This document shows, piece after piece, positions 46,860-60,708 of a stretch of 64,000 nucleotides of DNA. The notes under the pieces are model-generated. The model was not told the DNA's origin. It made no database searches and saw only the letters and a program-made list of their open reading frames with translations. The stretch's first letter is position 1; every line of letters begins with the position of its first letter. A program made the translations under genes and the position numbers. The stretch lies in the NCBI RefSeq assembly GCF_009914755.1, contig NC_060932.1, one strand, 5' to 3'. The DNA comes from the human T2T-CHM13v2.0 reference genome, Homo sapiens.

Positions 46860-47330
46860 CCAGTGTTTCTTTTATCTCGAGATTTAGCTCAGGTGTCACC
46901 TCCTCCAGGAAGTTGTCCCTTAACCCCCAGGTTGGTTGAAATACCTGTTATCTTTGCTGCCGTAGCACTTTGGGAATGCCTCTCTTCTAATGTTCACCTA
47001 ATGCTGTCACTGTTTCCAGTGGGTTTTGATACAAAGTTCCCCTGTTCTTCATTTCACTGGTTTTCTAGATATTACAATACAAAAGTGACCATAATAGAAG
47101 CAAAATTCAAGCAATGTAAAGAACACGTAAATGACCCGTAAACACATCGACCTAGTAGAAGAACTGAATCAACACATTATGTTGAACTTCTGTTATGCTG
47201 TCTCCTTCTAGGCCATCAAACCCTCAAAGCTGAAAACTCTGTCTTACTCATTTCTGTATCCCCGGAGCCTAGCACAGTACCAGCCACGTGGCATGTCCAC
47301 AAAATATTATTTGTTGAGTTAAATTGAACA
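46860..47330 (+). mobile_element. L2 3' end interrupted by a locally copied segment
   Basis: ctcaggtgtcacctcctccaggaag...[insert]...tttctgtatccccggagcctagcacagtac. Confidence 0.7.
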
Positions 47331-48414
47331 TATGTCACAGTTTCCAACCGATTGAAATTCAACTCTTTTTACAATCCCCCCACCAATGCCCCAGGAGTAC
47401 TTAGTGAGTTAAATTCGACCATTTAATATACAACTCCCATAACAAAGAATGTTTCACCCTTGAAAGGCGATATTGCATTTCAGAAGCCATCTGAGATTAG
47501 AGAATATCACCTGGCCTCAGATTTCTGTAGATGGATATTTTTACCCAAATAATACCATCCTGATTGTTCGATATCTGAAACTCTTATTCATCTAGAGCAA
47601 GAGAACTCATTCCTATTGTCAAGGCTGCAAAATTCTATAACGCACCATGTGAAACAGGCCAAGGTGTTGCTATCAGCAGTGAGAGATTCTTACGCCGGCT
47701 GAGGACTCGGCTGCTTTGCCAGAAAGGTTCTTTCAACCAGACCACAGTGTCTGTTTGTCCCTGAATAATCCACATTTTCCAGTCTGTTATGATGCATTCC
47801 TTTCCCAGCTCCTTTTTTTGCGGCTTGATTCTGCCGCATCACCACATTATTCCCACGGCCCACTTCCTGTGGGGGACTGGATCTGGCATCAGTTCTTATT
47901 TTTCCCCAAAGCTCAGGTAACAACAGCTTGGGGGAAAAAATCTTTGAGAGCACCCATCTCCTAAGTTTAATGGAAAGGAGAGAAAACTGGCAGGTTGGGG
48001 GAGGCGGGGGGACTCTGCGTAGAGTACATTTTTAAGCTAACAAAGAAGATACATTTTATATCAGCGTGATGATGAACCACGATACATCACCCATTTTCCT
48101 ATAAGGTGAGGATTTTTTCTTAATCAGCAGTACAGATACCATCCCTTCAGGCCATTTTCAGAGAATATAACCCTGAACTACCTACTCCCACCTCTTTTAG
48201 AAAGCCTTGCTAAGAGAAGTGATGTTTAAGAAGGAAGGCCTAGAGTCATGCACTTCTGACTTCGATCCTATCTACTGTTCAGGTTAAACCACCAAAAAGA
48301 CCCTACTGGCCCCGTCTACAAAATCATCTTTCACTGAAATGCCCTGGAAAGTTTAATATCAACTTTCACTGAGTGTCACAAGAGATGGAGCACAAAAGTT
48401 GACGCTGCTTTTAT

Positions 48415-48805
48415 TATAAATCTTGTTATTAAGGAGATTACTCAACATTCCAGACAAGAACAAGAAGGACAGCAATAAAAACCCTGTGCGAAGAAAAACC
48501 TGAAAAACTCGCAGATCAGAGGAGAACAGGCAGACCAGATGACTACAGCTAACGTGATATCCTGGATTGAATCTTGGAACAGTAAAAGGATATTAGTGGG
48601 GAAACTGCTGAAATCAAAATAAAGTCTGGTGTTTAGCCAACAGTTATGTACCAGTGTTAGTTCCTTAGTTTTGGCAAATGTACCATGGTTCTAGAAGATG
48701 TTGACATTAGGAGGAATTGGATGAAGAGTTTACAGGAACTTGACATTATCTTTGCAACTTTTCTGTACATCTAAAATTATTCCAAGATTAAAAGTTTATT
48801 TTTTA
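48415..48805 (+). mobile_element. L1MC-like 3' end
   Basis: atcctggattgaatcttggaacag...tctttgcaacttttctgtacatctaaaattattccaag. Confidence 0.75.
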
Positions 48806-49775
<970 letters not shown>

Positions 49776-50439
49776 GACTTGCTGGAGAAGCTTAGAGTCA
49801 AGAAAAAACACATCTCCCATGAGAGTCTTGTATGCATTCTCCTTTTTAACAAGAAATACTCATAACTATTGTTCATTTCTTTTCACTTTTGCTGTTTAGA
49901 TGCTCAGAGCCAAATTCTATGCTGGATTATATCAATTTTATTAATCCTTATGGTTATCATATTTGCTTCCTCATTTTTCCTGATCCTAATTTCCCTTTTC
50001 TATCAAGAATAAAGATAAATGCAGCAATAAACCTTGCTGCATTTTTGCTCTTGTTGCCATAAACCAACTCTAATCTTTTCAGGAAGGAGGCTCTGCATTC
50101 ATTATAAACCTGAAAACTGTCCAAAGGCAGGGGAGCAAGATTGGGAAGGTTTAGGAAATCACGGGTCACGATGTACAGCTGAAGGAATCAGGCTTCTTAG
50201 GCAGAGAGATGACTCAGGAGACAAATGATGGTTATCTTCAAATGACTGAGCAATTGCCCTTGAGAAAGCAGGAAAGACTGGCTCTGTGTTGCACCAAAAG
50301 GCCGAATCCCAACCAAGGGATGTACATCATGAGAGGAAGACCTCAACTCAGCACACAGAATAACTAACAAAGCTTTCCAACGAGGGAGTGGTTAGTACCC
50401 CTTTCCATAGAGAAACCTGAGTAGCATTTAGATCATTTT

Positions 50440-50941
50440 ATTTATTTTTTTTTTATTTATTTATTTTTTATTTTTTATTTTTTATTATACTCTAAGTTTC
50501 AGGGTACATGTGCACATTGTGCAGGTTAGTTACATATGTATACATGTGCCATGCTGGTGCGCTGCACCCACTAACGTGTCATCTAGCATTAGGTATATCT
50601 CCCAATGCTATCCCTCCCCCCTCCCCCGACCCCACCACAGTCCTCAGAGTGTGATATTCCCCTTCCTGTGTCCATGTGATCTCATTGTTCAATTCCCACC
50701 TATGAGTGAGAATATGCGGTGTTTGGTTTTTTGTTCTTGCGATAGTTTACTGAGAATGATGGTTTCCAATTTCATCCATGTCCCTACAAAGGACATGAAC
50801 TCATCATTTTTTATGGCTGCATAGTATTCCATGGTGTATATGTGCCACATTTTCTTAATCCAGTCTATCATTGTTGGACATTTGGGTTGGTTCCAAGTCT
50901 TTGCTATTGTGAATAGTGCCGCAATAAACATACGTGTGCAT
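50440..50941 (-). mobile_element. 5'-truncated L1HS pre-Ta
   Basis: Sense strand reads gctagatgacACGttagtggg (pre-Ta) and cttaGagtataat; TSD gcatttagatcatttt at 50424 and 50938; TTTT/AA EN site. Confidence 0.92.
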
Positions 50942-51127
50942 TTAGATCATTTTAACAGCATCCCAGGTATACACATTACACTGACGCAACTGGGTGCAGC
51001 CCATGCTTTGAGTAGTAAGTCTCTACTCTAGACCATCCATCAGGTATCCCTCATTGAAGAGGTTAAATAGAAGATCTCTACAGCTTCTTCCAGATGCAAG
51101 TTCTGAGATTATATAAAAGTAGTTTAG

Positions 51128-51352
51128 ATCAGCCTGGGCAACACAGAAAGACCCCGCCTCTAAATAATTTTTTTTTTTAATTAGCTGGGCATGGTGGCAC
51201 ATGCCTATAGTCCAAGCTACTTGGGAGGCTGAGGTGGGAGGATCCCTGGAGCCCAGGAATTCAAGGCTGCAGTGACCTATAATCGTGCTACTGTGCTCCA
51301 GCTTGGGCAACAAAGCAAGACCTCATTTCTAAAAAAAAAAAAAAAAAAAAAA
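51128..51352 (+). mobile_element. 5'-truncated AluJ
   Basis: TSD-like agtagtt on both flanks. Confidence 0.88.
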
Positions 51353-52006
51353 GAGTAGTTCATATGGGTGATCATCGTTAAATGTTTAGTCAGGAGCTAG
51401 AGGGTGCCCTCTGCAGCCACTCTCTTTTAATCCTCCCAACAGCTCTTCAAGTTGGCCTAGAAGGAGCATTTCTGCCCCATTGGCCAGGTCTTTTCACACT
51501 GCCTTTTTCTATAGTGGCAGTGCTTGCAAGCTGCCTCTGGCGTGATGTCCCAAAGGCAGAGTCTGAGACAGTTACATATATCGTTTTGGGAAAAGGTATG
51601 GGTGACTAAGTTAGGTGACCAATTTAGTCAATCATTGTGGCTGTAGCAACCAATTCAATAATATGTTGAGAAGAGGCCAAGTCTATCTGTTTTGGAAAGA
51701 AATCTACATGCCCTCATCATCCCTAGCTTCAAGCAGAACTTCCTCTTCTCTCTATATTTGCGTTAACGCTGTATCATATACACAATGTGGCACCCACTAG
51801 CTATGTGGCCTTGGGCCAGTTACTTACCTTCTGTCCATTCCTCACACTCTCCAGGGAGTTAGACAAGTATTTCTGAGAACACTTAGATCTAATATTATAG
51901 ATTATAAGTGGGGGTAAAGTGACATTTTTAAAAACGTCTAACAATCATATAACAAGCCAAGTATCATCTAAATTTTGCATCTCAAGCTTTCAACAAAAGT
52001 CCTCAT

Positions 52007-52410
52007 TGTAGAGTCTTAATAATGGAAAAAGAGTAAGGCTGGTGGGAGCAGAGGACAGCAAAAAGAGAAGGCAGATGAGCTACAAGTCTGCCTTTCTTCA
52101 TGGTCCAGGACACATAGTCCTCCTGCACAAATAACTCACAATCATCCTGTGCCCAGCTATCACCAGACCTTCGGCTGAGAGAAAATTGCAAGTTAGCTCA
52201 CTGCAACCTTGGCATTATTAGTACTGCACATAGTTTTCTCCAACACAAGCACCATCCTATAAAACCCCCTTGCAGTCAGCTCCTCTCTTGCTGACTTGCC
52301 CATTGCTTTCTTGCAACAAATTTTATTACTTTCTCTAATAAATCTGCTTTTCTTTACCTTCAGCTGTTTACCACCTGCACGATACCAGCCCCAGATAGTC
52401 ATCACCCATG
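52007..52410 (+). mobile_element. MER83/MER84-like ERV1 LTR
   Basis: tgtagagtc start; ctgcctttcttcatggtccaggacacatag; tataaaa and aataaa signals. Confidence 0.7.
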
Positions 52411-52411
52411 A

Positions 52412-52733
<322 letters not shown>

Positions 52734-53119
52734 GATTTTTTTATCTTTAACATCCCCTGAGAAGTAGTCATTGACCTCCATTTCTCACATCTGCAAAATG
52801 GGGCCATGGGACTTTTCCCAAGATTCAGCCCTCCTGACCTTAATGGGTTACCACACTGAGTTTTAGGACAGAGAAAATGGAACTTGTGTGATCACAGCTT
52901 CTGCCGCAAGAAAAGGACGATGAGATTACCTGTTATTACTATCTTTCAGAGGAAGATTTGGAAGCAGAATAGCATTGGCTCTCCAGAAAATCAAAATCAG
53001 GACCTTTGGTCCAAGATCACCAAGAGGAGTAGCACGTAGGAAGCCAAAAATAAATGGTATCTAAGTTTCAGGGGAGAGAGTAGTAAGACAAGGGGTAGAA
53101 CAACTTGTCTCTGAATGCC

Positions 53120-53770
53120 AAGGTACAGATCAATCAGACACCTTCCCTGCCCTTCAATTACCAGCAGATCATGGAGAGGATAGAAAAAAACAATGATCAA
53201 AACAAGCTGAGTTACATGTAGTCATAGTGCTATGGCAGCTGAGAAGAGGAAAAGACAGATTCTGCTCAGAGAAATCTTGGGAAACTTTATGAACCAAGCT
53301 ACATTTGGACTGGGCCTTAGAGATGGTAGAGTTCTATAGATGAGGTCACAGGGGAAGGAGGAAAAAAGGAGATTCGAATCCAGAGGACAAGTGATAAAGA
53401 CGAAAACAGTGGCGAAATTAAAACTGTGACTTTCTATTAGATTGAAGGGAGGGGGGATCCTGGAGACGAGAACGGGAAAGCAAGCTGAGGGTTTAGTGCT
53501 TGCTGAGGAGTCTCAGTCTCACCTGGAGGCAATGGGTGACTCGGAGGGTGTGTGAGCAGGACGAGGGGCTCCTAGCTGTGTTTTGATAAGATGACTCTGG
53601 AAGCAGTGAAGATGCTGTAATCAGAAGAGGAGATTGAGCCAAGAAGTCTTGGTAAGCTCTTTATAACAGTCCAAGTTTACAACATTAGGGGCCCAACTAG
53701 GGACAGGGCAGTGACATTGGAAATGGAGCATTGTGGAGCTGTTTGGGATATTACCAGGGTCAGAGGTCCA
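53120..53770 (-). mobile_element. L2 fragment
   Basis: ccctgcccttca...tgggccttagagatggtaga...gataagatgactctggaagcagtg. Confidence 0.65.
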
Positions 53771-55329
53771 GGTTCCTGGAAGGGATTGATGACATTAAGC
53801 AAGAAATGTACAGCACTTTGACTTTGACATTTCCACAACACCTTCCCCTCCCTTTCCTCATACCTGGGCTACAGCTGTCTCCCTAGGAGGGCTGCTCCCC
53901 TACCATGCAGTCTCTTCCCCACTCTGATCCATTCTCCAAAGCTTCCAAATGCTCCAAATGCATTTCCCCACTAGCTCAAGAACCTGTAGTGATTCCAGTC
54001 CAACTCATCGGATTCCTGGCAGAAAACGGAGAGGAAGCACTTCTGATCACTAACGGTCATTCCGCTGCATCTGCCTTCCAACCCCATTTGGGCCCTGGTG
54101 GCAGCCAAGCTCTGTCTCCCAGCATATGTGAGTCCTGTGCTGGTGTTTCCTTATGGTGCCCTACTCCCCTCCATTCCTCAAGATCCCTTGCTTTCCTCAA
54201 AACCCACCTTGGAAGTCGTCTCTAGAAAACTCTGCCCCTTCAGGGGCTGCCTCAACTGTAGCCCACAAATGACCATTGCCAACTGGACAAGCCCCCCAAC
54301 TTTGGCTCCCTGTCCCCTCCTCCCCACTGAAGACTAGCAGCACAGAGTTGGCCCTGCTGCCCAAAGGGGCTGCATCTGGGCCCCCCGACCTGGCAGAAAT
54401 GATGGCTCCCTGAATCTCTCTCCAGCAGATGACAAGAAGACAGAACTCTGCGTCTGCGAGCTGCAGAGACTCCTGCCTCCCCAAGTCCCTGGCTTTCACT
54501 CTATGTCCCACCCATTCTGCAAGGAGTCAGGGGGTGGAATGTTCTAAGACGCCAACCTGTCACTGAAGCTCCCACTCCACTCTGCTGACACCTGACTGCC
54601 CAGAGGACTCACGGGGCCGGGGCAACCTGCCATCCCTGGTGTCAGCAATCTACCAAAGAAGTGAAGCCTCCGAGATTTCTTTGACCAGGAGAGAAGAAGG
54701 TATTCAGCAATGCAGAGAAGATAAATACTGCAGATTAGATAACTGGACAACACGCTTGAAATTATTCAGTGGCACAGCCATCTTTTAATTACCTTGGAAC
54801 GGGAGATAAGAGTAATGGAAAGCTACAGATAATTCATTAGTTTCTAAAAACCTTGCACATCCAATGTGCCATTTGAAGTCGATGCTTACAAGACACAGAA
54901 GAGGCTGGTGAAGGGTTTTCAGGAAGGAAGTAAAATCCAAACAACAGGAAAAACACAATTTGTTCTTCATAAATGCTAAGTGCGGCACAATGCAGTTATT
55001 AGCCACAACTCTACACACTCTTTCCCATTAATGGATAAGTTAAATCTTTTCCAAGTGTGACAAGTGGCATCCAATCACTCCCTAGGGATTTTCTGTTCTT
55101 TAGCCACTTACCAGTCACAATAGATTTTTCTGCAGTTCCATTTAAAACGTTATTCTCTGGGGGGTCTTCTAGTTTACTTTGAATAGCCTGTAACAAATAT
55201 TCCCAACCAAGAGCAGATAGGCTTGCTCCAACCCACTCTAACAGAGAGAGAAGTCTGCCCAGCCCAGGTATTAAATGACTTCATGACTACAAAACAGCAG
55301 GGTGGAGCCAGGCCAGCTCCAAAGCTAAT

Positions 55330-55460
55330 TCAGCTCTCTCACTTTTACAGATGAGGACAGTGAGTTCCAGGAAGGGAAAAGGACATGTCCAAGGTCACGC
55401 GAACTAACAAGTAATAGAATCTACACCAGATCTGGATCCCTTAAGTTCTGAGACCATATC
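55330..55460 (-). mobile_element. MIR
   Basis: ttttacagatgaggacagtgag...tgtccaaggtcac. Confidence 0.75.
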
Positions 55461-55504
55461 TAATTTTAAATAGACATTTTCTTTCTATTTTCTGGTTCTT
55501 TCTA

Positions 55505-55830
55505 CAGCCTGAGGGGGCATGAGATGCTCCACCCAGGTCCCCCTTGAAGGAAAGCCTTAGGGCCTGGCTGTGGGAAGCATGGTCAGCACAAAGCTGCTAG
55601 CTCTCAGTTCCTTCGGGATCTGCCTCGACTAGAGATGTCTGTGCCACTGGAGGCTGCATCCTTCCTGGGAAACCCAGCACCCAGTGACAGAGGTGGGTGG
55701 GGTACAAAGGCCCAGCCATTTCTGCCCAGCAAGGGCTACACCGAGGCCTAATATTCACTCCACGGCTCCCCAATGCCACTCTCTCCAGAATGTGGTCTTC
55801 CTGCCTCCCCAACCAATGATGCAGCAGGAG
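55505..55830. mobile_element. LTR16-like ERVL fragment (tentative)
   Basis: atgctccacccaggtccccctt...gctctcagttccttcgggatctgcctc. Confidence 0.4.
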
Positions 55831-56369
55831 AGGGAAATGAGACGCCTGGGGTGGCTGGACCATCTCCTTGCAGGCCTCTGCCCAGCAACCCCAAACTCAC
55901 ACCCCAGACCCCTTCAGTTCACTTGGAATGGAGCAGGTTCCAGGAGCTGGCCAAGCAATTGCATGTGAGCACATAGATGCCCTTGTGCCTTCTCCTGGGG
56001 AGCTATGGGTCACTCATATCCTTGTGGCATTGATAGCATTTGTTGGTTTTGCTTAAAGAGGTAGGAAGTTTAAAAAAATAAGGCATGATTTGGCAGAAAA
56101 GCACAAGACACTTGGGTTCCAGTTATTTGAGCATTTGTGGGTGAAGTGACCCTATGTCCAGTATGCCTGGTTCGTGCCTGTCACCCCAGGGTCATTATCA
56201 ATAGCGCTGCCTTTCACCCTCAAATGCCTCAAATACCTCAATTGTGGCCACCCCATGCAAAAGCCATAGTACCTCAGAGCAAGTCTATCTGGCTGTCTAT
56301 CCTCCTCTCCGGTCTTGGATATTTTGAGAGAGAGAGGAAGATGGTGTCCTGGGTGGTAAGTGGAAAGAA

Positions 56370-56640
56370 TGCCCTTCCAGGACAGACTTGGGTTTGAATG
56401 ACCTCTGGACCAGGCACTAGCTCAGAGACTTTGGATGAGTTCCCAGCCTCTTACTGCCTTATCTGAGAAATGGAAGTAATTAAACACACCTAGCCTTTCA
56501 TGCATGGTTGTTGAGAACACCGAGTCAAATACTTGTTACAAAGTTTCTCTGGAAACTGTGAAGCCCTATTCAGATGTAAGTATGGACAAAATGCCTAGCA
56601 ATAAGTATTTGCTAAATGATTGAATGCTTGACTCATTGAA
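56370..56640 (+). mobile_element. MIR (with possible L2 end)
   Basis: cagacttgggtttgaat...ttatctgagaaatgg. Confidence 0.6.
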
Positions 56641-56724
56641 TGGGTGGAATGGGGGGAATGTTAGGTATAATTATTATCAATGTGTGACAATGATAAAACA
56701 ACAACCAGGTTTTTTTTTTTTTCA

Positions 56725-57128
56725 AGTTGATGGGTCACCCCTCGAGAGGTAAAGTCTATTCCCCTAGTCTTGAATATGGGCTGGACTTAGGGACACATTT
56801 CTAAGGAAGACAACAGAAAACAGCACAAGTGACACTGCATGTGTTCCAAGGCTAGACTATGAAAGGTACTTTAGCCTGGCTCTCTCTTGGGACGCTTGCT
56901 CTTCAATCCCTGCTGCCATGTTGTGAAGAAACCCAGGCAACAATGGAGAGGCTGAGTATATTCATTCTAGTCCTCAGCCCCAGTGGAGGTCCTGGCAAAC
57001 AGACAGCATCAACAGACAGCCTTTGAGATGACTGCACCTCCCATCAATGTCTTATTGCATCCTCACAAGAGACCCCCAGTGAGAACCACCTCCTGAGCTC
57101 AGTCAGCAATAAATGATTGTTTTGTGTT
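56725..57128 (+). mobile_element. MLT1 (MaLR) LTR fragment
   Basis: gagaggtaaagtctattccc...ttgaatatgggctgg...gccatgttgtgaagaaaccc...aataaatgattgttt. Confidence 0.65.
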
Positions 57129-57774
57129 TAAAAAAAAAAGTCAATGGGAATGTGTTCTGAAAGCAAGATGCATCTCTTGGAGCAAACTGCCTCCCAAGGA
57201 TATGAGAAGGGCCAAGCTAGGTATGACTCTCTGCCTCTGCAGCTGGAAATGTACAGCCCTGACAGCAGCCTCTGGGGTGCGCCACCCAAAGCATTCCATT
57301 TTCTCTAATAGCCAATTATAACTGTCATCTCTGCAAGTATCTTAATCTTTGAAATTACTTTTGCAGGCACTACCACCTCTTGGGATAATGGTTCCATAAG
57401 CTTCTTCCCTATGAAACTCCTCCAGAATTTGAAAAATAAATGCATGTCCACTTTATCCACTGCTCTTACCATTTTAGAGATTACGATCATGTTCACTCTT
57501 CAACTTCCCCTTCCCAGACTGAGTCGTCTGGTATTTTTCGTCACAATCCCTAATGGCAAGCCAGTGTGGTACCTAAAACATTCAAGACCTGGGGAGTTAG
57601 TGTAAACTTCCAATGAAACAGAGTTGAACTAAATAGCTTATTTGTTAATAGGTATATAGTTTTAATAGGCTTTGAAAACAGCATGTGGGTTTTAATTCAT
57701 GTTAATGAATATAGTCCCTACTGAAGTACTTGAAAATAAATACACAATGATCTGAATTCAATGTTAAGATTCTT

Positions 57775-58800
57775 GCCCTTTTTGCCCCCTAGCGCTGCTG
57801 GGCCTGCAGGTCTCTGTTGAGCCATGGATTTGGGCCTCTGTTCCGCAGGATGGGGTTTGTTAAAGTTGTTAAGAACAAGGGCTACTTTAAGAGATAGCAA
57901 GTGAAATTTAGAAGATGCCAAGAGGGTAAAATTGATTACTATTCTCGGAAATGCTTGGTGATACAGGATAAAAATAAATACAGCACACCCAAATACAGGA
58001 TGATAGTTCATGTAACAAACAGAGATATCATTTATCAGATTGCTTATGCCCGTATAGAGGGGGAAATTATAGTCTGCGCGGCATATGCACACGAACTGCC
58101 AAAATATGATGTGAAGGTTGGCCTAACAAATTATGCTGCAGCATATTGTACTGGCCTGCTGCTGGCCTGCAGTCTTCTCAATAGGTTTGGCATGGACAAC
58201 ATCTATGACGGCCAAATGGAGGTGACTGGTGATGAATACAATGTGGAAAACATTGATGGTCAGCCAGGTGCCTTTACCTGCTATTTGGATGCAGGCCTTG
58301 CCAGAACTATCACTGGCAATAAAGTTTTTGGCACACTGAAGGGAACTGTGGATAGAAGCTTGTCTATCCCTCACAGTACCAAACGATTCCCTGGTTATGA
58401 TTCTGAAAGCAATGCAGAAGTACACCAGAAGCGCATCATGGGCCAGAATGTTGCAGATTACATGCGCTACTTAATGGAACAAGATGAAGATGCTTACAAG
58501 AAACAGTTCTCTCAATACATAAAAAAAACAGCATAACTCTAGACACGATGGAGGAGACGTATAAGAAAGCTCATGCTGCTATACGAGAGAATCCAGTCTA
58601 TGAAAAGAGGCCCAAGAAAGAAGTTAAAAAGAAGAGGTGGAACCATCCCAAAATGTCCCTCACTCAGAAGAAAGATCAGGTAGCTCAAAAGAAGGCAAGC
58701 TTCCTCAGTTAGGAGCAGGCTGCTGAGAGCTAAACCAAACAATTTTCTATGAGGATTTTTCAAATAAAGACAATAAACTTATGGACAACAACTAAAAAAA
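57775..58800 (+). pseudogene. RPL5P: Processed pseudogene of 60S ribosomal protein L5 (uL18)
   Basis: 5' UTR with pyrimidine start; ATG at 57850 (MGFVKVVKNK); intronless; [16 protein letters not shown]; stop at 58731-58733; aataaa and A-tail; TSD aagattctt at 57766-57774 and 58801-58809. Disabled by TAG at codon 16 (57895), a KEF deletion, a frameshift at the 58521 A-run and a late stop. Pseudogene number cannot be determined. Confidence 0.97.
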
Positions 58801-59593
58801 AAGATTCTTATGTACGGTTTTTATTACATGTTAAAAGCAATATTTTCTCCTTGGGAATAAAGCTCCACAATCCTAGTAAAAACAAAACAAAACAAACAGC
58901 CAAGAAAATGTTTGCATGCCTCATGCCACCCTGCTCAAAACCCTCCAGACTCACTGCTTCTTGCCTGCAGAATAGCGTCCACGTGGCTCAAATTGATGTG
59001 CGGCCATCATTGGTCCTCCAACCTGATGCCTCTCTCCCCAACAAAGCATCAGCAGTGGTGAATCTGATTTACTCACTGACTCCCACACCTGTATTGCCTC
59101 TCCCTGTTGTGCTTGTTTGCCAATGCTGCCTCCAATAGCGGAAGTGCCTGTCTCTCCTCACCCATGGTTCCCAATTCCCTATTATGTTTCTTTTTGTAAG
59201 CTCTAACGCTTTATAAAGATTGATGTTCTATGCCTTTTCTTCTTAGAGGTCTTCCAAAGAACAAAGAGAGAATTTACATATTTTTAATTAAATAAAACGT
59301 ATTTTATTTTGCAATTACCATATGGGTCTATTGTGATCCTTTTTATCTAAGGGCAATGTGTATAAGAGGCATTACAGGATCTAGCTGATCTTATTTTTCT
59401 TATATCTTGAGGTACTTTATTATTTTATTATCCTGGGAATTATTGTTATTCAATTATTATTATCCTGACAATTCCATCATTCTTCCATTTAAAAATTATT
59501 TTCATCTTTTTTGGCATGGTTGGGAACAACTGATAAGTAACCCAACTGTTAAGTAACAATTGCTCCCAACCATGCCAAGAATGATGAAAATAA

Positions 59594-59892
59594 TTTTTTT
59601 TTTTTTGAGACGGAGTCTTACTCTGTCATCCAGGCTGAAGTGCAGTGGCATGATCTAGGCTCACTGCAACCTCCGCCTCCCAGGTTCAAGGAATTTTTCC
59701 TGCCTCAGCCTCCCAGGTAGCTGGGACTATAGGCGTGTGCCACCATGCCTGGCTAATTTTTTGTATTTTTGTATTTTTTTTTTTTTTTTTTTTTAGTAGA
59801 GAAGGGATGGTCTCAACCTCCTGACCTTGTGATCTGCCCACCTTGGCCTCCCAAAATGCTGGGATTACTGGCATGAGCCACCACGCTCAGCC
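59594..59892 (-). mobile_element. AluS with a small internal deletion
   Basis: TSD tgaaaataatttt / tgaaaacaatttt; tagagaagggatggtctc junction. Confidence 0.9.
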
Positions 59893-59991
59893 TGAAAACA
59901 ATTTTTAAATTGACGAATGATGGAATTGCCTAGAAGGATGGTGCAATAGTGAAGCAAATCATCATCCTTCCTTTTTTTTAAAAAAAAAATT

Positions 59992-60708
59992 CAAATTGTT
60001 TTTTAAATTTTTTGTGAGTACCTAATATTTATGAGGCACATGAGATGTTTTGATACAGGCATGCAATGTGAAATAAGCACGTCATGAAGAATGGGTTATC
60101 CATCCACTCAAGCATTTATCCTTTGAGTTACAAATAATCCAATTACATTCTTTATTTTCAAATATACAATGAAGTCACTATTGACTATAGTCACCCTATT
60201 ATGCTATCAAATAATAGGTCTTATTCATTCTTTCTAACTTTTTTGTATCCATGAACCATCCCCACCTCCCTCCCAATTACCCTTCCCAGCCTCTGGTAAA
60301 CATCCTTCTACTCTCCATGTCCATGAGTTCAATTGATTTGATTTTTAGGTCCCACAGATAAGTAAGAACATTTGAAGTTTGTCTTTCTGTGCCTGGCTTA
60401 TTTCACTTAACATAATGATTTCCAATTCCATCCATGTTGTTGCAAATGACTGGCTCTCATTCTTTTGATGGCTGAATAGCACTCCATTGTGCACGTGTAT
60501 CACATTTTCGTTATACATTCATCTGTTGATGGACACAGGTTGCTTCCAAATCTTAGCTACCGTAAATGGTACTGCAAAAAACATAGGAGTGAGGACACCT
60601 CTTTGATATATTGAGTTCCTATATTTTGGGTTTATACCCAGCAGTGGGATTGCTGGATTATCTGGTAACTCAATTTTTAGTTTTTTTGAGGAATCTCCGA
60701 ACTGTTCC
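59992..60708 (-). mobile_element. L1MA (1-3-like) 3' end
   Basis: tgatacaggcatgcaatgtgaaataagcac...tatacccagcagtgggattgctgga. Confidence 0.88.

Noticed and set aside
50689-50931. 80-aa ORF MFIAALFTIAKTWNQPKCP...
   Set aside because: C-terminus of L1 ORF2 within the truncated L1HS, not an independent gene
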